Shown: piece after piece, positions 1 through 9,439 of the stretch
Layout of the letters: each line of letters opens with the position of its first letter
How positions within the stretch are numbered: position 1 is the first letter of the stretch
Source: Cytophagales bacterium
Lineage (GTDB): Bacteria > Bacteroidota > Bacteroidia > Cytophagales > Cytophagaceae
Assembly (NCBI GenBank): GCA_013297765.1
Contig: JAAFID010000001.1
Coordinates: forward strand, 1-63,111
Reading direction: 5' to 3'
Length of the DNA: 63,111 nt
Program-made: the position numbers and the translations under genes
Notes under the pieces: model-generated
What the model saw: only the letters and a program-made list of their open reading frames with translations
The model's database searches: none
What the model was told of the DNA's origin: nothing

Positions 1-3
1 GAA

Positions 4-534
4 ATGCAACATCATATACCTATCGCAACACTAAATTCGGCGTTGGCCTCTTATCCGCAATACCAGCTTTCAATAGATGGGGCGGCGACAGAAAGTTTTT
101 GGGCCAATAAAATGGTATGGAAAAAAGCAAGTGCCAATACCATCAATTGTTTGGTAGGTTGCTCTATTGGCGATTTTGGGATGATTATTTATTTGCAAAA
201 CTACCACCCCCAAATGAATATGTTTTTAATGATGGGCTTGGCCATGGTTACTGGGCTTACTACCTCAGTGATATTAGAAACAGTTTTGCTACACATCAAA
301 GAAAAATTTAATTGGCTATTGGCATTGAAAACTGCCTTCAGTATGTCGTTCATCTCTATGTTGGCCATGGAACTTGCTGAGAACACTACCGACTTTATGC
401 TTACTGGTGGGCAGGTGGCTACCACCCATTATTTTTATTGGGTAGCGTTGGGCATCTCCTTATTAGCAGGCTTTATAGTCCCATTGCCTTATAATTATTA
501 TAAATTAAAGAAATATGGCAAGGCTTGCCATTGA
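4..534 (+). CDS. DUF4396-like integral membrane protein
   Basis: 176-aa ORF with several hydrophobic helices and the Cys motif CLVGCSIGDFG that I associate with DUF4396 membrane proteins. It ends 9 nt before the TonB-dependent receptor gene. The ATG lies at the window edge, so the true N-terminus is uncertain. Confidence 0.55.
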   Translation: MQHHIPIATLNSALASYPQYQLSIDGAATESFWANKMVWKKASANTINCLVGCSIGDFGMIIYLQNYHPQMNMFLMMGLAMVTGLTTSVILETVLLHIKEKFNWLLALKTAFSMSFISMLAMELAENTTDFMLTGGQVATTHYFYWVALGISLLAGFIVPLPYNYYKLKKYGKACH

Positions 535-543
535 TTATAAAAA

Positions 544-2865
544 ATGAAAATATACCTATTATTAATTGCCCTGATTTTCACTTCCATCGTTTCCATTGCC
601 CAAGAACAAAAATCAGTAAGAGGAGTGGTGCTGGAAGAAACTTCCAAAGGATCATTTGTGCCACTCGTAGGCACTACCGTTTTTTGGCTGGGTACTACCC
701 AAGGCACTGTTACCGACACCAGTGGCGTCTTTTCACTCCCATTGTCTTTACATATCGACTCTGGCTACACCGAACCCAAGCTAATCATTAGCTACCTTGG
801 CTACCGTAGCGATACCATTGGTGTCAATAATTCCAATACCGGCAAAGTAAGAATTATTTTAAAAGAAGATAAATCACAATCGTTGAAAGAAGTAGAGGTT
901 ACTGCACATAGGCAAAGTAGTTTTATTGATGCCATTTCGCCACTGAACACTACAAACATGAGCGAAAAGGAACTGTTCAAAGCCGCCTGCTGCAACCTGT
1001 CCGAAAGTTTTGAAACCAACCCCTCGGTAGATGTGAATTTTGCAGATGCAGTTTCGGGTGCAAAACAAATACAGGTGCTGGGTCTGTCGGGCATATATAC
1101 CCAACTCACCAACGAAAACCTTCCTGGCACTAGAGGTATAGCGGCAAATTATGGTCTAGGCTATATCCCTGGCCCGTGGATAGAAAGCATACAAGTAACC
1201 AAAGGTGCAGGCTCTGTAGCCAATGGTTATGAAAGTATGGCGGGGCAAATAAATGTAGAACTGAAAAAGACAGACATCACTCTACAGAATGGCGAGCGGA
1301 TTTATTTGAATACCTACGTCAATGATTGGGGAAGACTAGAAGGCAACCTCAACTGGACTCAAAAAATTTCTTCCAGATGGGCTACTACCACATTACTGCA
1401 TACCAACACGCAGTTGAATAAAATAGATCAAAATAAGGATGGCTTTTTAGACATTCCCCTAGGGCAGCAATTCAATGGCATCAGCCGCTGGAAGTACGAC
1501 AATGGGAAAGGTTTTTTATTTCAGGCTGGCGTAAAGGCTTTAAAAGATGAACGTATAGGTGGGCAGTTGCAGTTCAACAAAGACACAGATAAATTAAGCA
1601 CAAATCATTATGGACTGGGGTTAGCCACCCAACGTATTGAGTCTTTCTTAAAAGCTGGCTATGTATTTCCCAAAAAGAAGTATAAAAGTATAGGTTTGAT
1701 GGCCTCGGGGCTGCAACATATTCAAAATAATTTTTTTGGAATAAGCACTTATGATGCTACCCAAAAATCACTTTATTTTAACCTCATTTACCAATCCATC
1801 ATCAACAATACCAACCATAAATTTCGAGTAGGAATAAGTCAAGTGGTGGACAATTATGATGAAAAGTATATTGCGAAAGGCGTAAATGCCACCAATCAAA
1901 ATTTTGCCCGAACAGAAATAGTAACAGGAGGTTTTGTAGAATATACTTGGGCTATTGCCCCTACACTCACTACTATTGCTGGATTACGATTCGATTACCA
2001 CAATATGTTTGGCTTATTTGCCACCCCCCGATTGCATGGCAAATGGGACATTGCCCAAAAAACCCATCTTCGATTTTCTGCTGGTCGGGGACAGCGTACC
2101 GCCAATATATTGGCAGAAAATTCGAGTGTGTTTGCCAGCTCTCGCCAGTTGATCATTACGCCTTCAAATACTGGCTTTCGAGGCAAGGCATATGGGCTGA
2201 GCCCAGAAGTAGCATGGAATTATGGGTTAAGTTTGCATCAGGATTTTAAACTTAACTACAAAGCGGGTGCGATTGTGGTAGATTTTTACCGCACCGATTT
2301 TCAAAATCAAGTAGTGGTAGATTATGATAAAAATCCTAGAGAAATTAATTTTTACAATTTGCAAGGCAAATCTTATTCTAATAGTTTCCAGACAGAAGTA
2401 AACTACGAATTAATCAAGCGTTTGGAAATTCGCCTTGCTTACCGCTGGTACGATGTAAAGACAACCTACAGCGGTCAGTTGCTTTCTCGGCCTTTGCTGG
2501 CCAGTCATAGGGCTTTTTTAAATCTAGGTTATGCAACAAAGACCAAATGGAAACTAGATTACACCATTACTTGGAACGGCAGCAAACGCATACCCAATAC
2601 AGCCACCAATCCACAGCAATATCAGCAACAAGTGCAATCGCCCTCTTATTTTGTAATGAATGCACAAATAGCCAAATCATTTGGTAAGCCCAGTAAACAG
2701 TGGCTAGATGTATATGCAGGCATGGAAAACATCACTGATTTTAGGCAGCAGAACCTAATCGTAGCAGCCGACCAACCTTTTAGCAATTATTTTGACACCT
2801 CATTGGTATGGGGGCCTATTGTAGGTCGTATGTTGTATATGGGTGTAAGGTATAAGCTGAAGTAA
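544..2865 (+). CDS. TonB-dependent outer membrane receptor with N-terminal carboxypeptidase-regulatory-like domain
   Basis: 773 aa with signal peptide MKIYLLLIALIFTSIVSIAQ. A CarbopepD_reg-like beta-sandwich (VRGVVLEE...GTTVFWLGT..GTVTD.SGVFSL) is followed by a plug region and a long beta-barrel with alternating aromatic/polar pattern. Confidence 0.85.
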   Translation: MKIYLLLIALIFTSIVSIAQEQKSVRGVVLEETSKGSFVPLVGTTVFWLGTTQGTVTDTSGVFSLPLSLHIDSGYTEPKLIISYLGYRSDTIGVNNSNTGKVRIILKEDKSQSLKEVEVTAHRQSSFIDAISPLNTTNMSEKELFKAACCNLSESFETNPSVDVNFADAVSGAKQIQVLGLSGIYTQLTNENLPGTRGIAANYGLGYIPGPWIESIQVTKGAGSVANGYESMAGQINVELKKTDITLQNGERIYLNTYVNDWGRLEGNLNWTQKISSRWATTTLLHTNTQLNKIDQNKDGFLDIPLGQQFNGISRWKYDNGKGFLFQAGVKALKDERIGGQLQFNKDTDKLSTNHYGLGLATQRIESFLKAGYVFPKKKYKSIGLMASGLQHIQNNFFGISTYDATQKSLYFNLIYQSIINNTNHKFRVGISQVVDNYDEKYIAKGVNATNQNFARTEIVTGGFVEYTWAIAPTLTTIAGLRFDYHNMFGLFATPRLHGKWDIAQKTHLRFSAGRGQRTANILAENSSVFASSRQLIITPSNTGFRGKAYGLSPEVAWNYGLSLHQDFKLNYKAGAIVVDFYRTDFQNQVVVDYDKNPREINFYNLQGKSYSNSFQTEVNYELIKRLEIRLAYRWYDVKTTYSGQLLSRPLLASHRAFLNLGYATKTKWKLDYTITWNGSKRIPNTATNPQQYQQQVQSPSYFVMNAQIAKSFGKPSKQWLDVYAGMENITDFRQQNLIVAADQPFSNYFDTSLVWGPIVGRMLYMGVRYKLK

Positions 2866-2993
2866 GGACAGTGGTTGAACAATTAGATATAAAAATTCAG
2901 TCCAAAATATAAAAAGGAAATATTTGTTGTTCTTAACTATATTATCAACTATCTTATTATCATATTATAACAAAGCATTTTTTGCTTAGATAT

Positions 2994-3614
2994 ATGATTA
3001 ACACTGACGAAGAATACATTCGCCTTATTAAGCGATTGCAACACAAAGAGCAATGCAGCAATTCACTACTACTCGCTATTCCTGATATGATTTTCTTGAT
3101 GGATATTGAGGGTAGATATCTAGATTTTAAGGGAGGCAATGGAGCTGTTTTTATTCCTGCACAAACCATTATTGGTAGCAATATCAAAGATTCAGGAATG
3201 CCTCAGCAAGTCATAGACGACATTCTTCTCCAAGTTACAAAAACAATAGAGTTGAATGAAATAGTAGAGATTCAATATGTACTTACCATTAATGAAATGA
3301 CACATTACTATGAATCTCGCTCTGCCAGATATGACGATACCAAAGCAATAAGAATAGTAAGAGAAGTAACAGACAAAGCCCTTTATCTAGAAGCTATACA
3401 AAAGAAAAATAAGAAATTAGAGCAATATGCAAAAATAACCTCGCACGAGCTACGTCGTCCACTAGCCAATATTCTGTCTTTATCCATTATCCTTCAAGAA
3501 GATTCGAATGAACGCCAACAGGAAGCTCTTGGAAGGTTATTGACCTCGGCAAAAGAGTTGGATTTAATCATTCATAAATTAAATCAATTAGTGCAATCAA
3601 AATCTTTGGACTAG
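2994..3614 (+). CDS. PAS-like sensor domain fused to a HisKA (DHp) domain; no HATPase catalytic domain
   Basis: H-box ITSHELRRPLANILSLS lies near the C-terminus, and the ORF stops about 50 aa later. Only 21 nt separate its stop from the convergent rpiB stop, so there is no room for a kinase ATPase domain. ATG at 2994 is preferred over the TTG at 2982. Confidence 0.7.
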   Translation: MINTDEEYIRLIKRLQHKEQCSNSLLLAIPDMIFLMDIEGRYLDFKGGNGAVFIPAQTIIGSNIKDSGMPQQVIDDILLQVTKTIELNEIVEIQYVLTINEMTHYYESRSARYDDTKAIRIVREVTDKALYLEAIQKKNKKLEQYAKITSHELRRPLANILSLSIILQEDSNERQQEALGRLLTSAKELDLIIHKLNQLVQSKSLD

Positions 3615-3635
3615 TATTAGAAGAAATTTATCTGC

Positions 3636-4067
3636 CTAGCACCCCATCTTCGCTACTCTAGTGGCATGGCGACCACCTTCAAATTCGGTAGCTACAAATT
3701 TTTCTACGCAATCTTTAGCGGTGCCTAAATCAATAAATCTGGCTGGTAGGCATATTACGTTTGCGTTGTTGTGCTGCCTTGCAAGGCTAGCTATTTCTAC
3801 ATTCCAGCATAGTGCCGCTCTTACGCCAGCATGTTTATTGGCTGTGATGGCTACCCCGTTTCCGCTTCCACAAATTAGAATACCTAGGATGCAACTTTCT
3901 GATTCGACTGCATTAGCCACTGGATGTGCAAAGTCTGGATAATCTACCGAAGCCTCGGTATGTGTTCCAAAATCTACTACTTCATGCCCCATACCTTCAA
4001 GCATGATTTTAATTTCTGATTTGTAAAATGGGCTGGCATGATCGCCACCAATGGCTATTTTTGACAT
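3636..4067 (-). CDS. rpiB: ribose-5-phosphate isomerase B
   Basis: 143 aa. Typical RpiB/LacAB signature: MSKIAIGGDHA..., GILICGSGNGVAITANKH, NANVICLPARF. Confidence 0.9.
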   Translation of the reverse strand: MSKIAIGGDHASPFYKSEIKIMLEGMGHEVVDFGTHTEASVDYPDFAHPVANAVESESCILGILICGSGNGVAITANKHAGVRAALCWNVEIASLARQHNNANVICLPARFIDLGTAKDCVEKFVATEFEGGRHATRVAKMGC

Positions 4068-4087
4068 CGCTAAAGTTTTTTATATAA

Positions 4088-4900
4088 TTAAGAATTCATA
4101 AATTCATCGTGAGCTATTTGTCTTGATTTAAAAACACTAGCAGAGATAAATATACTTATTTCATACAATAACAAAAGAGGTACTGCTACTATGGTTTGTG
4201 TGAAGAAATCGGGTGATGGGGTAATAATGGCAGCAACAATGAAGATAACCACCACCGCATGACGTCGGTATTTTCGCATCAGCACAGGGGTTACGATACC
4301 AATTTTTGAAAGTACAAATATCAGAACTGGCAATTGAAACATAATACCACTGCCCAATACCATAGCGGTAAGCAACGAAATATAGTTGGTCAAATCTATC
4401 ACATTGGGTATGCTCTCGTCAATCTTATAATTGATTAAAAAATTAAAAGATAATGGCACTATCACATAGTAACCAAAAAGAACACCCAAAAAGAAAAGCA
4501 TACTTACAAAAAACACTGCCCCACGGGTTGCTTTTTGTTCTGGGGCGTACAATCCTGGCTTGATAAATTTCCACAATTCCCAAATGATATAGGGAAAAGA
4601 GCAACACAAGCCAAACACCAATGCTGTTTTTATGTGCATCATAAACTGACCAGTCATGCTGCGGTTTTGCATTTGAAAATTGATGCCAGAGATACATAAC
4701 GAATCGCTCAGTTCGCATAGCATTCTATAGGTCCAAAAATCGTCTCGCATGGGTGCAAGTAGAATCTCTCGGAATATAAAACTGATGCCAAAAAAACCAA
4801 TGGTAGTAAAGATAATCATAGCAATCACCGAGCGTACCACGTGCCACCGCAAATCTTCTAAGTGATCTAGAAAGGACATTTCGCCACCTGTGGGCTTCAT
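4088..4900 (-). CDS. tatC: twin-arginine translocase subunit TatC
   Basis: 270 aa. Has the MSFLDHLEDLRWHVVRS N-terminal TatC motif and six hydrophobic helices. Confidence 0.9.
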   Translation of the reverse strand: MKPTGGEMSFLDHLEDLRWHVVRSVIAMIIFTTIGFFGISFIFREILLAPMRDDFWTYRMLCELSDSLCISGINFQMQNRSMTGQFMMHIKTALVFGLCCSFPYIIWELWKFIKPGLYAPEQKATRGAVFFVSMLFFLGVLFGYYVIVPLSFNFLINYKIDESIPNVIDLTNYISLLTAMVLGSGIMFQLPVLIFVLSKIGIVTPVLMRKYRRHAVVVIFIVAAIITPSPDFFTQTIVAVPLLLLYEISIFISASVFKSRQIAHDEFMNS

Positions 4901-4952
4901 GTTTTTGATAAAATCGAATAGGATAATTTTAGAGATTAGAGGGTGAAAAAAA

Positions 4953-4985
4953 TTGTCTCTATCACTAGAATCGGGATAGAGACAA
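4953..4985 (-). terminator. rho-independent terminator downstream of glyA
   Basis: Perfect 11-bp stem TTGTCTCTATC / GATAGAGACAA with an 11-nt loop. On the minus strand it is followed by a U-run (plus-strand A7 at 4946-4952). Confidence 0.6.
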
Positions 4986-4996
4986 TAAAAATTTAA

Positions 4997-6289
4997 TTAG
5001 GCGTACAATGGAAAATTTTTCATCCAAGTATTTACTTCTTGCTTTACTGTTTCCATTTTACCGTCATTTTCATGATTCATTAATACGGTATCTATCAAAG
5101 AAACAATTTTTTCCATGTCGCTTTCTTGCATGCCACGGGTAGTAATAGCGGCAGTACCCACACGCATACCTGATGTTACAAATGGAGATTTATCATCAAA
5201 TGGAACCATGTTTTTATTAATGGTAATGTCGGCTTTGATTAAAGCGTTTTCAGCTTGTTTTCCACTCAGGTTTTTCGAGCGAAGGTCAATCAACATCAAA
5301 TGGTTGTCAGTACCTCCTGATATAATTTGGTATCCTTTTTCTATAAATGCTTTTGCCATAGCTTGTGCATTGTTTTTTACCTGCACAGCATATTGGTAGT
5401 AGTCATCAGAAAGTGCTTCGTGAAATGCAATTGCTTTTGCTGCAATAATATGTTCCAGCGGACCACCTTGCGTACCAGGGAAAACGCCCATGTCTAGCAA
5501 ACTCGACATCATTTTCAAATCACCTTTTGGGGTAGTTTGACCAAATGGATTTTCAAAATCATTGCCCATCATAATCACACCACCTCTAGGACCTCTCAGT
5601 GTCTTGTGGGTAGTAGTCGTTACTATATGACAATGTTGTATAGGATGGTTTAGCAACCCTTTGGCAATAAGCCCGGCAGGGTGCGATATGTCGGCCAAAA
5701 GTATGGCACCTACTTGGTCGGCTATGCTACGCAATCTAGCATAATCCCAATCTCTGGAATAAGCAGAAGCTCCGCAAATCAACATTTTTGGTTTTTCTTT
5801 TAAAGCTATTTCCTCTACTTTGTTCCAATCTATAGTACCAGTTTCACGATCTACACCGTAAAAAAATGGCTGATATAATTTTCCGGAAAAGTTTACTGGT
5901 GAACCATGGGTTAGGTGACCACCATGCGAAAGATCAAAACCTAATATTTTATCGCCAGCACTAAGGCAGGCTAGCATTACTGCTGCATTGGCTTGAGCAC
6001 CAGAGTGAGGCTGCACATTTGCCCAAGTAGCACCAAACAATTCTTTCAAGCGGTCAATTGCTAATTGCTCGGCCTCATCTACTACCTCGCAACCTCCGTA
6101 ATATCTTTTGCCTGGTAAGCCTTCAGCATATTTGTTAGTGAGTACACTTCCTGCCGCTTCCATCACTTGTTTTGATGTAAAGTTTTCAGAGGCAATAAGC
6201 TCTATGCCATGCTCTTGCCTTTGGGCTTCCCTGTTGATGATGTCAAATATTTTTGAATCTCTTGCAATCGATTTTACTGTAGTTTCCAT
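4997..6289 (-). CDS. glyA: serine hydroxymethyltransferase
   Basis: 430 aa. Full-length SHMT pattern including the PLP-lysine region [14 protein letters not shown]. Confidence 0.97.
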   Translation of the reverse strand: METTVKSIARDSKIFDIINREAQRQEHGIELIASENFTSKQVMEAAGSVLTNKYAEGLPGKRYYGGCEVVDEAEQLAIDRLKELFGATWANVQPHSGAQANAAVMLACLSAGDKILGFDLSHGGHLTHGSPVNFSGKLYQPFFYGVDRETGTIDWNKVEEIALKEKPKMLICGASAYSRDWDYARLRSIADQVGAILLADISHPAGLIAKGLLNHPIQHCHIVTTTTHKTLRGPRGGVIMMGNDFENPFGQTTPKGDLKMMSSLLDMGVFPGTQGGPLEHIIAAKAIAFHEALSDDYYQYAVQVKNNAQAMAKAFIEKGYQIISGGTDNHLMLIDLRSKNLSGKQAENALIKADITINKNMVPFDDKSPFVTSGMRVGTAAITTRGMQESDMEKIVSLIDTVLMNHENDGKMETVKQEVNTWMKNFPLYA

Positions 6290-6384
6290 AGTGTAGAATT
6301 GTATGTTTCAAAATTAAGATTTGTAAGGGTAGCAAACAAAGATTTTGTGATTTGATAGGAATTATTATTTAAAAATAAATACAA

Positions 6385-6418
6385 AAAAGCCGTAGCTCTT
6401 TGCAGAACTACGGCTTTT
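6385..6418 (-). terminator. rho-independent terminator downstream of ahcY
   Basis: Stem AAAAGCCGTAG / CTACGGCTTTT with a 12-nt loop, 20 nt past the ahcY stop codon. A/T runs on both sides make it potentially bidirectional. Confidence 0.6.
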
Positions 6419-6437
6419 AAATATTTAGTAATTAATA

Positions 6438-7745
6438 CTAGTATCTGTATTCGTCAGATTTGAATGGACCAGCAACTGGAACTTTGATATAATCTGCTTG
6501 CTCTTGGGTAAGTGTATCTAGTTCCACACCTATTTTCTCAAGGTGCAACATTGCTACTTTCTCATCCAAATGTTTTGGCAAGGTATATACATCATTTTTG
6601 TAGCTGCTTGCATTTTGCCATAACTCGAGCTGTGCCAATACTTGATTGGTAAATGAATTTGACATTACGAAAGATGGGTGACCTGTAGCACAACCAAGGT
6701 TTACTAATCTACCTTCTGCCAATACCAATACTTCGTGACCATCAACATTGTATTTATCTACTTGTGGTTTAATCTCCACTTTAGTATTGCCGTAGTTTTT
6801 ATTCAACCAAGCCATATCAATTTCATTGTCAAAGTGACCAATGTTACACACAATAGCTTTGTCTTTCATGGATTTGAAATGGCGACCTACAACTATGTTA
6901 TAATTTCCAGTAGCAGTAACGATTATGTCGGCTCTTTTTACAGCATCATCCATTTTCTTTACTTCAAATCCATCCATAGCAGCTTGCAATGCACAAATAG
7001 GGTCAATTTCAGTTACTATAACTCTAGCACCTGCACCTTTCAATGAAGCAGCAGAACCTTTTCCTACATCGCCGTAACCCGCAACTAGGGCTACTTTACC
7101 AGCCATCATTACGTCTGTCGCTCTTCTGATTGCATCTACCAATGATTCTTTGCAACCGTATTTGTTGTCAAATTTAGATTTAGTAACCGAATCGTTGATA
7201 TTGATTGCTGGCAAGGTTAGTGTGCCATTTTTTACTCTATCTTTTAATCTCAAAACTCCAGTAGTAGTCTCTTCAGAAATGCCTTTGATGCCTGAGGCCA
7301 ACTCTGGAAATTTGTCCAATACCATATTGGTAAGGTCGCCACCATCGTCTAGAATCATGTTCAATGGTTTTCTGTCGTCGCCAAAGAACAAGGTTTGCTC
7401 TATACACCAGTCAAACTCTTGCTCATTCATGCCTTTCCAAGCATATACAGAGATGCCAGCAGCGGCAATAGCAGCAGCAGCATGATCTTGAGTAGAAAAA
7501 ATATTGCAAGATGACCAAGTTACTTCTGCACCCAACTCTACTAGCGTTTCAATCAACACCGCTGTTTGAATAGTCATGTGCAAGCAACCTGCAACTCTAG
7601 CACCTTTCAAAGGCTTAGAAGGGCCAAATTCTTTTCTTATAGACATCAAACCTGGCATTTCTGCCTCGGCAAGTTGTATCTCTTTACGTCCCCATGCCGC
7701 AAGCGACATGTCTTTTACTTTATATTTTACAAGCGTTTCAACCAT
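6438..7745 (-). CDS. ahcY: adenosylhomocysteinase
   Basis: 435 aa. Conserved AdoHcyase features: [20 protein letters not shown]-binding GYGDVGKG, C-terminal [10 protein letters not shown]. Confidence 0.97.
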   Translation of the reverse strand: MVETLVKYKVKDMSLAAWGRKEIQLAEAEMPGLMSIRKEFGPSKPLKGARVAGCLHMTIQTAVLIETLVELGAEVTWSSCNIFSTQDHAAAAIAAAGISVYAWKGMNEQEFDWCIEQTLFFGDDRKPLNMILDDGGDLTNMVLDKFPELASGIKGISEETTTGVLRLKDRVKNGTLTLPAININDSVTKSKFDNKYGCKESLVDAIRRATDVMMAGKVALVAGYGDVGKGSAASLKGAGARVIVTEIDPICALQAAMDGFEVKKMDDAVKRADIIVTATGNYNIVVGRHFKSMKDKAIVCNIGHFDNEIDMAWLNKNYGNTKVEIKPQVDKYNVDGHEVLVLAEGRLVNLGCATGHPSFVMSNSFTNQVLAQLELWQNASSYKNDVYTLPKHLDEKVAMLHLEKIGVELDTLTQEQADYIKVPVAGPFKSDEYRY

Positions 7746-7885
7746 GATTGTGTTTTATTTTACAAGTACTGATAATTTAGAATTTACAAATATAAGTCAA
7801 TGTTTTATTAACCCCAAAAATAAACCTAGAGGTTACTTTTTCATAACATTGCATTTAAAACAAAGTAAAGTGGTGAATCCAAATT

Positions 7886-8647
7886 TTAAAATACATATTG
7901 AATTTGTTTCAAATCAAAAAAGGCAGTTGTATTATTTATACTTAATTTTAAAAGTCCTGTTTCCGTTACGCCAAGAATTGTTGCCAACACATTATTGTCA
8001 TCTATAATAAATTCACTTGGAATATATTTTCTGTACAAATGTGACTCATATTCCATTTTTAGTTTATCAAAATTTTTGTCAAATAATTTTCGATGTTCAA
8101 TTTCCAATTTTTGTAGTACAACACTTAAAACGTCCTCTAGTTTAAAATTGCATCCCAATATTTTTGAAAGAGAAGTAGCTCGTAAATTTTTAAATAATTT
8201 TTGATTGATATTCAACCCTATGCCAACTACGCTTTGTTTGATATTTTTTTTTTGAACGCTATTCTGAATCAGTACTCCACATATTTTATAGTCATCGACA
8301 TAAATATCATTTGGCCATTTGATGGATACTTTATTGTTTTTTAAAAATTCACTTATTGATTTGTGCAAGGCGAGTGCAACCGCCATACTCAAATAAAATT
8401 GTTGGTCTATGGCCAACCATGATGGTTTGAAAACAACCGAAAAGGTAAGATTCATGCCAGCCTCGGCCTCCCAACTATTTCCCATTTGCCCTTTGCCTGC
8501 CGTTTGCTCATGTGCGGCAAACACCGTTCCCTCCAAAATATCGGTAGAATTAAGTTGTTCTAAAGCGTAAGCATTGGTAGAGTGACAGCTTGACAGCCAT
8601 ACCACTTCTTTTGGTATAAATAAGGTGTTAGGTACGATTTTGTACAA
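7886..8647 (-). CDS. birA: biotin--[acetyl-CoA-carboxylase] ligase (group I, no HTH domain)
   Basis: 253 aa. Has the biotin-protein ligase motif GKGQMGNSWEA (variant of GRGRxGRxW) and KWPNDIYV. It is too short to carry the N-terminal repressor domain. Confidence 0.8.
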   Translation of the reverse strand: MYKIVPNTLFIPKEVVWLSSCHSTNAYALEQLNSTDILEGTVFAAHEQTAGKGQMGNSWEAEAGMNLTFSVVFKPSWLAIDQQFYLSMAVALALHKSISEFLKNNKVSIKWPNDIYVDDYKICGVLIQNSVQKKNIKQSVVGIGLNINQKLFKNLRATSLSKILGCNFKLEDVLSVVLQKLEIEHRKLFDKNFDKLKMEYESHLYRKYIPSEFIIDDNNVLATILGVTETGLLKLSINNTTAFFDLKQIQYVF

Positions 8648-8746
8648 GATATTTTTATATTTTTGTTAAATATACATTCATTAAATTTTGCAAGTCTTTT
8701 TTTGAATTTCAATAACAATGCTTGCATGATGCTAAAATAAATTAAA

Positions 8747-9391
8747 GTGGCCAAAAAACAGGAAAAAATTCCAGCAGTAGAAAACTTAAACCTAGTAGAT
8801 CTTGTTGTATTGGGGATGGATGAAATGAAAGCCGAATCGATATCGGTGATTGATTTACGAAAAATAAAAAATGCAGTAGCCGACTATTTTGTAATTTGCT
8901 CTGGTACATCAGACTCGCATGTAGATGCCATAGCCGATTCTATAGAAAAAGAGGTACATAAAGCCAGTGGTCAAAATCCTTGGAGGAAGGAAGGAAAGCA
9001 AAGCCGTGAGTGGATATTGCTAGATTATGTGGACATAGTGGCACATGTATTTAAAAGAGAACAAAGAAAACTATATGCTCTAGAAGAATTATGGGGCGAT
9101 GGCATAGTGACACAAATAAACAAATTGTCACCGGTACTAAAGGCAATGATAGTAAAGGAAGGATCAGCTACAAAACCTGTCGTCAAAAAGAAGGCTTCAG
9201 CTATCGCAGCAGAAGTTGCACCTAAAGCCAAAAAATTGGTGAAGAAAAAAGTAGCAAAGGTAAAGGAAGCAGAAATAGAGATTCCTAAAAAAACAGCGGC
9301 TAAAAAGCCTGCAACTACCGAAAAAACTATTGAAGCAAAAAAAGCAACGGCAAAAAAGCCAGCCGCTAAAAAAGTGACGAAGAAAGAATAA
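8747..9391 (+). CDS. rsfS: ribosome silencing factor RsfS with about 90-aa Lys/Ala-rich C-terminal extension
   Basis: The first roughly 120 aa match the RsfS/Iojap pattern (DYFVICSGTSDSHVDAIADSI, WILLDYVDIVAHVFKRE.R..Y.LE.LWGD). The remainder is a KKxAxKK low-complexity tail. GTG start. Confidence 0.85.
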   Translation: MAKKQEKIPAVENLNLVDLVVLGMDEMKAESISVIDLRKIKNAVADYFVICSGTSDSHVDAIADSIEKEVHKASGQNPWRKEGKQSREWILLDYVDIVAHVFKREQRKLYALEELWGDGIVTQINKLSPVLKAMIVKEGSATKPVVKKKASAIAAEVAPKAKKLVKKKVAKVKEAEIEIPKKTAAKKPATTEKTIEAKKATAKKPAAKKVTKKE

Positions 9392-9439
9392 GGGATAGCT
9401 AACTATCGCACTAAATCAATTCTAAAACGAAATACCTAG

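Noticed and set aside
7723-7766. 11-bp direct repeat TATTTTACAAG, present at 7723-7733 and 7756-7766 and straddling the ahcY start codon.
   Set aside because: One copy is inside the coding sequence, and the repeat is short and A/T-rich. This is most simply explained by chance in AT-rich DNA.
7576-8007. 143-aa plus-strand ORF spanning the ahcY start, the intergenic region and the birA 3' end.
   Set aside because: It overlaps two well-supported minus-strand genes, and its translation looks like non-coding read-through with no motif.
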